From Minisyncoccota bacterium (GTDB lineage: Bacteria > Patescibacteriota > Minisyncoccia > Phycocordibacterales > Phycocordibacteraceae): 64,000 nt of DNA. The translations under genes and the position numbers were made by a program. Positions 1 through 9,179 of this stretch are shown here, one piece after another (within the stretch, counting starts at the first letter, position 1; the number at the start of each line of letters is the position of its first letter). Below the pieces are notes generated by a model. It saw nothing but the letters and a program-made list of their open reading frames with translations, searched no databases and was not told the origin of the DNA. The stretch is from the NCBI GenBank assembly GCA_022842945.1, contig JALHOO010000002.1, positions 103,180 through 167,179 on the forward strand, in the 5' to 3' direction.

Positions 1-712
1 CTGTTGATGCACGTCCCACAAGAAACCCGTCTACAAGGGTGCCGGTTGCAAGTGAGCGCACATCATCAGCATCAACCGACCCTCCGTAGAGAATACGCAC
101 CTTCTGATTTGCGCGTCCTGGCATGAAGTCTGCAAGCACCTTGCGTATGTAGAGCACCATCTCAGCAAGATCTGTTGGGGTTATGGCTTCAAGGTCTGTC
201 TTTCCGATAGCCCAGATAGGTTCGTATGCAACCACAACCGAAAGTCGCTCCTTTGGTGTAAGGGCTGCAAACACACTACTAATCTGCGCACGCACAAACT
301 TCAGGTATTGTGCTTCGGGATCGCGATCTGCTTCTCCGACACAAATTATAGGTGTCATCCCATGCGCGAGTACGTGCCGCGCCTTCTCCGTAACAATCTC
401 ATCCGTTTCTCCACGCGCACGACGCTCTGAGTGTCCCACGATCACGTATGAAACCCCGATCTCCCTAAGCACTCCTGCGGTTACTTCTCCGGTTTTTGCA
501 CCTCCAACGGTTATGGATACATCCTGAGCACCCAGAGCAGGCACGTCCTTTACTGACGGACGCAGCGGCGCGAGCATACCAATATAAGGAAACGAGGGAG
601 CGATAACAATCTCATGCACACCCTTAGCACCAAGACGCCTTGCACCTGCACAAAGTGCTTTGGCTTTCGCCTTCGATTCCACGTATGCTTTCCAGTTTCC
701 AACGATTAACAT
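1..712 (-). CDS. tpiA: triosephosphate isomerase, C-terminus truncated by window edge
   Basis: Manual reverse translation from ATG at 710-712 gives MLIVGNWKAY...VGHSERR...AYEPIWAIGKT...YGGSV, the TIM signature motifs. Not in the ORF track because the stop lies outside the window. Confidence 0.85.
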   Translation of the reverse strand, partial: MLIVGNWKAYVESKAKAKALCAGARRLGAKGVHEIVIAPSFPYIGMLAPLRPSVKDVPALGAQDVSITVGGAKTGEVTAGVLREIGVSYVIVGHSERRARGETDEIVTEKARHVLAHGMTPIICVGEADRDPEAQYLKFVRAQISSVFAALTPKERLSVVVAYEPIWAIGKTDLEAITPTDLAEMVLYIRKVLADFMPGRANQKVRILYGGSVDADDVRSLATGTLVDGFLVGRAST

Positions 713-788
713 GGCTAAATCGTAGCACGCCCACGCAAAGGGCCCGGAACGTGCGTGCCGGGCCCTGGGATTACCTTCCTTGCAGAGA

Positions 789-1103
789 CTACCTGGAAAG
801 CATCGGGAGAGCGTTGCCTGTCTTGAGATACAGCGCAATGAGGTCTTCGTTGTCGTTGTGCGTCCAGACCTCGAGTGCCTTGCCGTGAAAATCCTTTCTG
901 AAATGGAGCCACAAAGCACCAAAAAGAAGGAGCGGCAGGATAAAGCCAGGGATGCTGTACGAACCAGCCACGAAGAACCATACCCCGAAGACGACAGGTC
1001 CCAAGAAAAGTTCTATCGCAAAATATCCGAGAGTCTTCAGCACGCGTTCACGCTCGGTATACCTCATCGCCCTTCTGCCATTAGCGTCTATGATCTGTAT
1101 CAT
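789..1103 (-). CDS. small membrane protein, possible bacterial PH-like domain, hypothetical
   Basis: Track ORF 789..1157, trimmed to the internal Met MIQIIDANG. Two hydrophobic helices follow. No recognisable motif. Confidence 0.3.
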   Translation of the reverse strand: MIQIIDANGRRAMRYTERERVLKTLGYFAIELFLGPVVFGVWFFVAGSYSIPGFILPLLLFGALWLHFRKDFHGKALEVWTHNDNEDLIALYLKTGNALPMLSR

Positions 1104-1168
1104 GAGGAACTTCCTCCTTTCTAAGGAGAACACTAGCACGCCCTTATGCTGGTTCAAATATTCTTCAG

Positions 1169-2620
1169 CTACTCCTCCCTCCAGTCTACAAACTCATAAT
1201 CTGTAGAGGTTGTAGGCGTAAAGGGCGGCGGGTCTGTTGAGAGCTTTCGGTCAAACGCATCAACGCGCGTCTGGTACCCTGCCTGGTTGTTTGATCCACA
1301 ATCAACCCCCGTCCACTTTGTTCCCGTACGCAGGTTTGAGACAGTCGTACCAAGAATAGTTAGAGAGGTGCGAGGCTCATACGAGGTATTACATCGGTCA
1401 TCATTCGCGTTTCGCCAGTAATAGTTGCGACCAAAGGCGCCCCCTTGGGCAACAAAAATGCCGTTCAATGTCATGTTCTGCGGGGAATTTGGCGTAACGA
1501 GCACGTTGTTCTCGGCAATAACTGTAAGTCCATCAGTACCGTCTGTTGCTGCATACGTTAGATTGCCCGGAAGCATCACGTTTGGCTCTATGCCTGTAGT
1601 TACTACGTTTGCCGCAACCACGGTTACCTTCCTATCAACCACTCCCTCAATCCATACATTGTCCTCTACATAAATGAGTCCGCACCCTGCAGGTATCGTG
1701 AGCGTTGAGTAGAAGCTTTCTGAAGAGATAAGGGTACGGTCCGGTAGCGCATCGTCTGACGTGTTCACGTGTGTCGAATGCAAGAGCGTGGTGTTCGTTA
1801 CGCGACGCACCGTTACCGTTCCATTCCCATTAAAGATGAGGTGGTATCCGTCCCAGTAGTTCTGGTTCCCCGTGTTCGTGCCGGTACTATATCGCGGAAG
1901 GTAGTGTCCTGACGCAATCGCTCGTGTCTTCAAACTTGAGAAGTCTGCCGCAATACCACTGAAATCAACCTGAGGCACCGGGTATCCCCACAATGTCTGG
2001 TTCGGTCCATTCCCCCACACACCAGTCTTTGTCTGATTAGGTGAACACCCGAAGGACGAGGTACAGAGCCAGGAGGATAAGGAGCTCGTAACTGGAGAGT
2101 TGGACGTACCGTCCATACGCACACCCCCATTGCTGTGATACGGACCAAGAATAACGCGGTCTTCCCCCGCCCACACACTGTCGTTCAGAATGTACGAGAA
2201 GCGCGCAACCGTTGGTCGCGCATAACGTGCCGTTATGGTGCTCGAAACATTTGGCGCGGCCTCGGGAGTCCCTGTAGAACGGATATCAATCGAGCTTATC
2301 GCTCCGCACGATGTGTTACCAGTTATGGCGAGCTCTATGATTCCCGCATTCCCGCCCTCTGGGTCTGCATAGGGAATGGTGTAAGGACCCGGCACTCCCG
2401 TGCCGTTCTGCAAATCGTTTGGGTAGTGTGCCAAGAACCAGCGATAGTACTCGAGACCTGCCTCAGCAATGGCCGTTGCCTGCACACTCTGCGTTGCTGT
2501 AGATTGTGCTCGGTTCTCGGTTAAAACAAACCCTGAAAGAGCACCCAGTACCGTAAGGAATATCGCACCAAACACGATGGCGAGGAGCATGAGGTAGCCG
2601 CGTACAGGTTCGTGTTTCAT
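1169..2620 (-). CDS. large pilin-like / pseudopilin-like protein (PilX/GspK-like N-terminus)
   Basis: Track ORF trimmed to MKHEPVRGYLMLLAIVFGAIFLTVLG: basic leader, Gly, then a hydrophobic helix without Glu at +5. Last gene of a run of pilin-like genes downstream of pilC. Many NxS/T sites. Confidence 0.45.
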   Translation of the reverse strand: MKHEPVRGYLMLLAIVFGAIFLTVLGALSGFVLTENRAQSTATQSVQATAIAEAGLEYYRWFLAHYPNDLQNGTGVPGPYTIPYADPEGGNAGIIELAITGNTSCGAISSIDIRSTGTPEAAPNVSSTITARYARPTVARFSYILNDSVWAGEDRVILGPYHSNGGVRMDGTSNSPVTSSLSSWLCTSSFGCSPNQTKTGVWGNGPNQTLWGYPVPQVDFSGIAADFSSLKTRAIASGHYLPRYSTGTNTGNQNYWDGYHLIFNGNGTVTVRRVTNTTLLHSTHVNTSDDALPDRTLISSESFYSTLTIPAGCGLIYVEDNVWIEGVVDRKVTVVAANVVTTGIEPNVMLPGNLTYAATDGTDGLTVIAENNVLVTPNSPQNMTLNGIFVAQGGAFGRNYYWRNANDDRCNTSYEPRTSLTILGTTVSNLRTGTKWTGVDCGSNNQAGYQTRVDAFDRKLSTDPPPFTPTTSTDYEFVDWREE

Positions 2621-2624
2621 AAGT

Positions 2625-3224
2625 CTATTCGCTGCGTAGGTTACGGAGCGTTGCCCCTGACTCAAGTCGGAGAATGTTCGGTGCACGAAGAGGATTAATA
2701 TCCACATCAAGACGAGCTCGGACAGAGCGCACACTCGCAATGTCTATAGCACCTGTTAACTCTACGCCATCCTCATCGAAGTATCGGAACACGGGCGTAT
2801 TCGCAGCATTCTTAACATACGTAGCGATAACCGTAGTCGTCTCTGACTGACCGGTGTACGAAGGCGGGTTGCCGGCGGCATTTGTAACGCCCTTATAAAA
2901 CGTATCTCCCGAACGATAGAGTCGCACCTTCTCAATAGCGGGGTCTGCATCGACATCTGCATGGAACGTAACACTTGAGGTTGCTGTGCCCGAAAGAGGA
3001 TACGCCCCATCCTCTCCATACGACGCCTCGCGCAATGAGGTAATGGACTCAGTAAGTCCCCTGCTCGCACTATCAACCGCACTTGTGGCTTCGAGCAGAT
3101 AGGCATTCGTACGATAGAAGTACGCAATCATCGAAAGGAGGCCGACGCCCACAAGTCCTGTAAGCGCAATAACCACGAGCATCTCTGCAAGTGTGAATCC
3201 CCTCATGCGCGCAGCAGTCATCAT
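2625..3224 (-). CDS. type IV pilin-like protein with canonical prepilin (class III) signal peptide
   Basis: MMTAARMRGFTLAEMLVVIALTGLVGVGLL contains the G|FTLxE prepilin peptidase motif. The track ORF 2625..3335 is N-terminally over-extended into the upstream gene. Confidence 0.6.
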   Translation of the reverse strand: MMTAARMRGFTLAEMLVVIALTGLVGVGLLSMIAYFYRTNAYLLEATSAVDSASRGLTESITSLREASYGEDGAYPLSGTATSSVTFHADVDADPAIEKVRLYRSGDTFYKGVTNAAGNPPSYTGQSETTTVIATYVKNAANTPVFRYFDEDGVELTGAIDIASVRSVRARLDVDINPLRAPNILRLESGATLRNLRSE

Positions 3225-4678
3225 TGCAGTATAAGCGTTGCCTCCGTAGCGGTGCCTGGCGCAATCGTATACGGAGGAGTCGAAGACGCCGTAACGATGG
3301 TGTATCCCGGAATCGAAAGCTCGTACACATCCCACTCAAGCGAGAGGGCTCGAACACCAAGCGCAGAGGTTGTTGTCGACACAATAGTCTTTGGTATAGG
3401 CACTCCAGCTCCCGTTGTGCCCTTCTTCTTAGCTCCTGTAAGGGTGAACGGGACATTGGGAAGCGGCACGGGCCCTTCATCAAACGCAATGGTCCACGAG
3501 GCAATCGCTGGTGTCGAGATACCGTCCGAGCTGAATTGCGCACGAACCTGTAGAGCGGGGTATGTAGTAGTTGATACTGCCGAAAGATCTATAGGAAAGG
3601 TACTGAATCCGCTCGTATTTCCTGGAAGCACCGCGTCTGACAACAACGTTCCGGTGCTGTCAGCAATAGATACTAAGAATGACGTACCTGCAGGTGTCGA
3701 CGCAGACACCGCAAGAGAAGTCCATGCGGAAAGATACGAAGGAGCAAACGATACGGACCGCGCACTTCCAGAGAGCGCGTAGCTTAGCGGTGCACCCGAA
3801 AGCATGAGATTGCCCCCTGACACTTGTGTTGAGAGCATTTCTTGCATGAGTGAAGCATCTGTAAAGGTATCAATGGTTGAACTTGCACGTATCGGGGAGA
3901 AGGTTTTCATAACAAGCTGTGCGAGTACATCTATGGAGAACGTGCTGGAGGTTGTCTGATTCTGCGCAACCGTGAGATACCCGGGAGTTGGATTCTGGTT
4001 TGTTGCATCGCGCACATACGTCTCAGCGGTTGAGTACCCGTCCTTGGAAACGGTTATGCGGTAGTTGGTTGAGGTAGGGGCACCCGGGAGAAGCACGATA
4101 CCCTCAAGATCCGCAAAAGTAGTGAAGTCCACCACCGGACTTACGGTTGAGTTCTGAATGCGGACTCCGGCGCCCGGAACCGGCGCACCAAGCGCATCTA
4201 CGGTGTTAATGCGTAGTGTCCCTCCACCAGTCGTGCTTTCAATAGACGGGGGTGCAATGTTTGAAACTACTGCTACCTCACGCTCCTCCTGACGGAAGAT
4301 ATAGGTTGCGGTTACACGCACGCGCTTGTAGTCGGTTGTGATGCCGTTAGCGTCGCTCGCTCCCGTGCCGTCCTTGCTGTCGTCCACATACTGAATAAAG
4401 GTGCGCACACCATACGGAATACCGTTTAGGGTTGTTGTTGCGTACTGCGCCACAGGACCCGCAGGAATACCTCCAAGCGTACCAACCGAGTCATACGGCA
4501 AGGATCTCAAGTACTCGATGTGCGTCGTAGCAACCGCGGTAGCACCGGCCTTTGCTTTAGAGGAGGACGAGATGAGGAGAGACGCGCGCAAGAGCCCCAG
4601 GAGCGCGAGGAAGACAATGAGGATGAGTGCGACACCCACCACCACATCAATGAGCGACATACCGCGCGGTATCTTCAT
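3221..4678 (-). CDS. large (about 485 aa) type IV pilin-like protein
   Basis: MKIPRGMSLIDVVVGVALILIVFLALLGLL: prepilin-like leader ending in Gly, then hydrophobic helix with Asp at +5. The Thr/Ser-rich remainder is unusually long for a pilin. Confidence 0.55.
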   Translation of the reverse strand: MKIPRGMSLIDVVVGVALILIVFLALLGLLRASLLISSSSKAKAGATAVATTHIEYLRSLPYDSVGTLGGIPAGPVAQYATTTLNGIPYGVRTFIQYVDDSKDGTGASDANGITTDYKRVRVTATYIFRQEEREVAVVSNIAPPSIESTTGGGTLRINTVDALGAPVPGAGVRIQNSTVSPVVDFTTFADLEGIVLLPGAPTSTNYRITVSKDGYSTAETYVRDATNQNPTPGYLTVAQNQTTSSTFSIDVLAQLVMKTFSPIRASSTIDTFTDASLMQEMLSTQVSGGNLMLSGAPLSYALSGSARSVSFAPSYLSAWTSLAVSASTPAGTSFLVSIADSTGTLLSDAVLPGNTSGFSTFPIDLSAVSTTTYPALQVRAQFSSDGISTPAIASWTIAFDEGPVPLPNVPFTLTGAKKKGTTGAGVPIPKTIVSTTTSALGVRALSLEWDVYELSIPGYTIVTASSTPPYTIAPGTATEATLILQ

Positions 4679-4706
4679 ACCGCTATGATAACGCACCAAT
4701 GCCGTA

Positions 4707-5915
4707 CTAAATCTTCTCTGAAAGAGAGTAGATCGGTGTAATCATCGCCATCGCAAACACACCCACGGCACTTCCGATAATGAGCATGAGAATGGGCTCG
4801 ATAATAGTTGAGAGATCCTTGGTGCGTTCTTCCACGTCAGTCTCGTAGTACTGCGCTACCTGTCCGAGCATGTCTGCTACTTTTCCGGTCTCCTCTCCCA
4901 CCGCAATCATGTCGCCCACAAATACCGGGTACAGCTTTGAGTGCTCTGAGAACGATACGGAAAGCGGCTCTCCTTTACGCACACGTTCTTCTGCTTCCTT
5001 CACCACCTTTCCAAAAGAGTTGTCCCCCACAACCTCTCCTGCAATAGAGAGCGCTGAAAGCATTTCAACACCTGAGGAAAGAAGGGACGACATGGAGCGC
5101 GCCGCACGCGCACTCATAGTCTCGCGTACGAGTTCTCCAATAACCGGAATGCGGAGAGCAAGGAAGAGCGTTACCTTCCCTCCCACCTTAGAACGAAGGA
5201 ACAGCATGAGCCCGGCAAAGAATGCCGCCACAAGCACGAGAACCAGCACAACATTGCCTGCCATAAAGTCTGAGACGTCCACAATGATGCGTGTCGCAAG
5301 CGGGAGCTCCACACCGAGCTCCTTAAACGTATTCGAAAGCGTTGGCACTACGAACATGAGCATCAGGATACCGATGACGACAATAGCGGAGAGAATAATC
5401 GACGGATATATCATCGCGCCCTTCACCTTCTTCTGAAGCGTATTTGCCTTGTCCATCTGCCGCGCTACAACCGCAAGGGACTCTGCGAGTGTTCCAGACT
5501 CTTCGCCAGCTTTCGTCATAGCAATAAAGAGATCAGAGAAAATCTTGCGATGCCGCGCCAGTGCCTCATGAAAGGCAGCTCCCTTCTTTACCTCGCTCTC
5601 AAGATCCATAACTATCTTCTTGAGGAACTTGTTCTTTGTCTGGCGCTCGATAACAGAGAGAGCGCGCGTAAGGGTGAGACCAGCTGCAATCATGGCAGCC
5701 AGGTTCTTCGTAAACGTAATCTTCTCGTCAGTCTTCACACCAGTCCCGATAGTCATCTGTGTCCACGCGGGCATACCGCCCGCACCTTCAAGCACTGAGA
5801 CAACCATCCCTCCTTCCTTCTCTACCTGCTCATACACAGCAAAACGACTCGCTGCCTCTATAACGCGCTTCTCTTCTCCTCCTTCAGCAGACTTCGATAC
5901 GACGCGGAATTTCAT
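4707..5915 (-). CDS. pilC: type IV pilus assembly platform protein PilC (GspF family)
   Basis: 402 aa with duplicated GspF-type domains and three TM segments. Adjacent to the PilB ATPase gene. Confidence 0.85.
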   Translation of the reverse strand: MKFRVVSKSAEGGEEKRVIEAASRFAVYEQVEKEGGMVVSVLEGAGGMPAWTQMTIGTGVKTDEKITFTKNLAAMIAAGLTLTRALSVIERQTKNKFLKKIVMDLESEVKKGAAFHEALARHRKIFSDLFIAMTKAGEESGTLAESLAVVARQMDKANTLQKKVKGAMIYPSIILSAIVVIGILMLMFVVPTLSNTFKELGVELPLATRIIVDVSDFMAGNVVLVLVLVAAFFAGLMLFLRSKVGGKVTLFLALRIPVIGELVRETMSARAARSMSSLLSSGVEMLSALSIAGEVVGDNSFGKVVKEAEERVRKGEPLSVSFSEHSKLYPVFVGDMIAVGEETGKVADMLGQVAQYYETDVEERTKDLSTIIEPILMLIIGSAVGVFAMAMITPIYSLSEKI

Positions 5916-5981
5916 AGAAGAATCCTAGCATGCAAAACATGACAGGCCGGATTCTCGAAAGGAGAATCCGGCCTGCAGGTT

Positions 5982-6362
5982 TCAGTATCTGACCGACACC
6001 GGCCGACTCGCCGTGAGCGCAGAGAGCGCAGCAGCGACGAGCGTCACGATCTGTAGCAGTACCGCCCACCACGGAATCGTCCTGTCGCCAGTAAGACCCG
6101 AAACGAAGACGAGGATGGTGGCAGCGATGAATGCGATGAAGGACCACCGCGGACCGAGCCAGCAGAGAAGCCAGGCGAGAAGGCCCGAGACGACGGCCAC
6201 AATGACCGATACCATCGGCACAGGCGTGAGGAGCGAGCCGACGTTGTAGTGGGTGCTCACCAGGTAGCCAGCGATGGCCGCCAGAAGCACCGCAAGAAAC
6301 TCATACACACTGCGTGACATGGGTATCTCCATACGAACGAGTCTGCCCGGGAGTCGGTGCAA
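5982..6362 (-). CDS. hypothetical membrane protein
   Basis: 126-aa ORF with 3-4 hydrophobic helices between pilC and pilB. No recognisable motif. Confidence 0.3.
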   Translation of the reverse strand: MHRLPGRLVRMEIPMSRSVYEFLAVLLAAIAGYLVSTHYNVGSLLTPVPMVSVIVAVVSGLLAWLLCWLGPRWSFIAFIAATILVFVSGLTGDRTIPWWAVLLQIVTLVAAALSALTASRPVSVRY

Positions 6363-6412
6363 AAAGGACGCGTTCCTGCGTCCTTTATACTCTCCCCAGT
6401 ATTTTCAGCAAC

Positions 6413-8167
6413 CTATTCTGCAACTGCCCGAAGCACCTCTTCAACAGACGTAATACCCCTCGTGGACTTGTAGAGTCCGTCCTCAAGCATGGTGAGCATG
6501 CCTTCTTTGCGCGCCTGCGCCTCTATCGCATCAGGAGATGCGCTATGAAGGATAAGGTCGCGAAGTGTTGGTGTAACCGTAAGAACCTCGTGAATACCGA
6601 TGCGGCCGGAGTATCCATCCTCGCATTGCGCGCTTGGTACCGCCTTATAGAACGGCACCGTATCAATCTTTGTTCCCTCTTTAACGAGCTTCTCCTCCGT
6701 TAGTGCGGCAAGCACGTTGTCAAAATGGTCTTCGCTCGCAATCTTGCCTCGCTCCACACTGTCGAGCGCGTACTCTTCTTTTCCGTCACACAGACGACGC
6801 ACCAAGCGCTGTCCCATAACCATGCGGAGTGTGGAGACGAGAAGAAACGGTTCAACACCCATATCCATAAGACGCGGAATGGCACCAGCGGCAGAGTTCG
6901 TATGGATGGTTGAGAGCACAAGGTGTCCGGTGAGCGCGGCATTGATGGCAAGAGACGCCGTCTCTGCGTCACGGATCTCTCCCACCATAATTATGTTCGG
7001 ATCCTGGCGAAGAAGGGCGCGCAGACCATTCGCAAACGTAAACCCAATTGCAGGGTTAACCTGCGTCTGATTCACGCGCTTCATCTGGTACTCGATAGGG
7101 TCTTCAACGGTGGATATATTTACGTCCGGCGTATTAAGAATGTCGAGAATGGTATAGAGGGTCGTTGTCTTTCCGGAACCGGTTGGTCCTGAAATAAGAA
7201 TGATGCCAGTGGTTTGCTTCATTGCCTTGTGTACGCGCTCAAGTCCCTGACCATGGAACCCGAGCACATCAAGCGTGAAGCCTTCACCCGTCTCGCGAAG
7301 AAGACGCATAACTACCTTCTCTCCAAAGTAGGTTGGAAGCATGGATACACGGAAGGACACCTTGTCAGTGTCGGTCTCCATCTTGAAGCGTCCGTCCTGC
7401 GGAAGACGCTTCTCGTCGAGCTTGAGGTTTGCAAGCACCTTAATGCGAGCAGTTATGCCGGCTGCTGCTGCACGCGGCAGAGTCATAGCGTCATGGAGCA
7501 CCCCGTCGATGCGATACCGCACGAGCACCTCAAGTTCCATCGGCTCAATATGGATGTCTGACGCCTTCTGAATAATGGCGTGGCGAAGAAGCGTATCAAC
7601 AATACGTACTATAGGAAGATCCTCGGCCATCTTCTTCAAGTCTTCTCCGGACACATCGTCTCCTGGTTGCCCGTCCTTTATAAGGTTAATGCGTCCAGCT
7701 TCAGTGGTAATAAGATCGCCGAACTCTTCCTTGAGAGACTTTTGGTACTGCAAGAGGACGTTCTTCAAAGACTCGTCGTCGGTAAGGCGCGGGAGAAGAC
7801 GAAGACCGGTAGACTTGCGAACCGAATCAATTGCAGGAAGATCTTCTGTATCAAGCATCGCCACTTCAAGCGTGTCCCCTTCTTTCTTGTACGCCACAAT
7901 GCTGTGCGTTCGTGCGATTGGTTCTGGGATAAGAGAGAGGACAGCAAGATCAATCTTCTTGTCCTTCAAGTTAACGAACGGAATGCCGAGCACGTATGCC
8001 TTTATGCGGCGAAGGCTGTCGCTTGAGAGAAGCCCCTGCGAAACAAGAATGTCTCCAATGGACTGCTTCTTTTGTTTTGCCTCTTCGTCTGCAGCATCAA
8101 CATCCTTCCGAGACACGAGTCCGGAGTCGAGAATGAATTCTTTGAGTTCGCTTTCAGAGACCTGCAT
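6413..8167 (-). CDS. pilB: type IV pilus assembly ATPase PilB (GspE family)
   Basis: Walker A GPTGSGKTTTLY and the GspE-type N-terminal domain. Start trimmed to MQVSESELKEF; the longer track start at 8215 is possible. Confidence 0.9.
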   Translation of the reverse strand: MQVSESELKEFILDSGLVSRKDVDAADEEAKQKKQSIGDILVSQGLLSSDSLRRIKAYVLGIPFVNLKDKKIDLAVLSLIPEPIARTHSIVAYKKEGDTLEVAMLDTEDLPAIDSVRKSTGLRLLPRLTDDESLKNVLLQYQKSLKEEFGDLITTEAGRINLIKDGQPGDDVSGEDLKKMAEDLPIVRIVDTLLRHAIIQKASDIHIEPMELEVLVRYRIDGVLHDAMTLPRAAAAGITARIKVLANLKLDEKRLPQDGRFKMETDTDKVSFRVSMLPTYFGEKVVMRLLRETGEGFTLDVLGFHGQGLERVHKAMKQTTGIILISGPTGSGKTTTLYTILDILNTPDVNISTVEDPIEYQMKRVNQTQVNPAIGFTFANGLRALLRQDPNIIMVGEIRDAETASLAINAALTGHLVLSTIHTNSAAGAIPRLMDMGVEPFLLVSTLRMVMGQRLVRRLCDGKEEYALDSVERGKIASEDHFDNVLAALTEEKLVKEGTKIDTVPFYKAVPSAQCEDGYSGRIGIHEVLTVTPTLRDLILHSASPDAIEAQARKEGMLTMLEDGLYKSTRGITSVEEVLRAVAE

Positions 8168-8298
8168 GCCGTTTGTAGTGAAAGTATAGCGCGGTAGCGC
8201 ATGTTTTTTGCGCATCTATATAGGTAGAACGCGTGGAAAAGAAAAAGCCGCGCGGTGGTGTGCCGCGCGGCCCTTCGAGTCCCGTGAAAATCAGATTG

Positions 8299-8952
8299 TC
8301 AGGACTGTTCGCCTGAAGAAATGATGAGCTCGAAAAGCTCCTTCAGGCGAGACTGGTACATCTCTAGAGGCATGCTCCTGAGCACCTCAACACGGCAAGC
8401 GTAGAGATGAGTATCGCTCAGCATCCTTGCTTTTGCCTCGGTCTCTTTATCGGTCTTCTCGTCCCCCTGGTTTCCCGTAAGAACAGAAGCGATTACGTCT
8501 GTGACGGACCTCCGCCGTATATAGAGTGGTATGCGAGCTCGATCAGGGATTCCTGACCATTGGCCAGTATGGCGACGTACTTCAAGTGAAGCGGTCGCCT
8601 CCAGCAAGTGGAATCTCTCGTTGAAGAACGAGAAGTCAGTAGCGCAGACTCGAACGATTCGGTCGAGTACAGTCCCCTCCTCAGTAGCAGCACGCACCAG
8701 CATCTTTTCGTGCGACTTTGTCTCATCTTCGACAATTGTAAGTAGCAGATCGGCCTTGTCTCTGAAGCTCGCGAACACAGCGCCGGTCGACATGCCCGCC
8801 CTTTTCGCTATGTCGCGGATAGTGGCCTGGCTGTAGCCACCTTCCATGAAGAGGGCTCGGCCTGCATTGATGACCTTCTTACGGGTCTTCGCCTTGGCTT
8901 GATGCCGACGATTGGGTAATCCCTTTTTGGTTATTCCAACCTCGTTGCTCAC
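8299..8952 (-). CDS. TetR-family transcriptional regulator
   Basis: N-terminal TetR HTH, ...AGRALFMEGGYSQATIRDIAKRAGMSTGAVFASFRDK..., in a 217-aa protein. Confidence 0.8.
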   Translation of the reverse strand: MSNEVGITKKGLPNRRHQAKAKTRKKVINAGRALFMEGGYSQATIRDIAKRAGMSTGAVFASFRDKADLLLTIVEDETKSHEKMLVRAATEEGTVLDRIVRVCATDFSFFNERFHLLEATASLEVRRHTGQWSGIPDRARIPLYIRRRSVTDVIASVLTGNQGDEKTDKETEAKARMLSDTHLYACRVEVLRSMPLEMYQSRLKELFELIISSGEQS

Positions 8953-9179
8953 TTTCTGGCTCCCTCTAAGCGCCTAGGCGCGTTCATTTCCGCCTTTAGA
9001 GAAACACTAATTATCAGAAACGTCAATGATTTGCATGAACTCTCCATATTGACCTTGTACCTATATATGGTATCTTCTACCTATCTGGAATGTCCGCACC
9101 TGCGGGCATTTATTTTTAGGAATCCAGAGTTACGTGCGAAAATAGAATAACAGCGTGCGAACAACTAAATAACGGACCT

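Noticed and set aside
183-527. 114-aa plus-strand ORF at the window start
   Set aside because: Antisense to the clearly recognisable tpiA gene on the minus strand.
7575-8189. 204-aa and 148-aa plus-strand ORFs inside the pilB region
   Set aside because: They lie antisense to a well-supported PilB ATPase gene. Their composition is Ser/Arg-rich, typical of antisense frames of GC-rich coding DNA.
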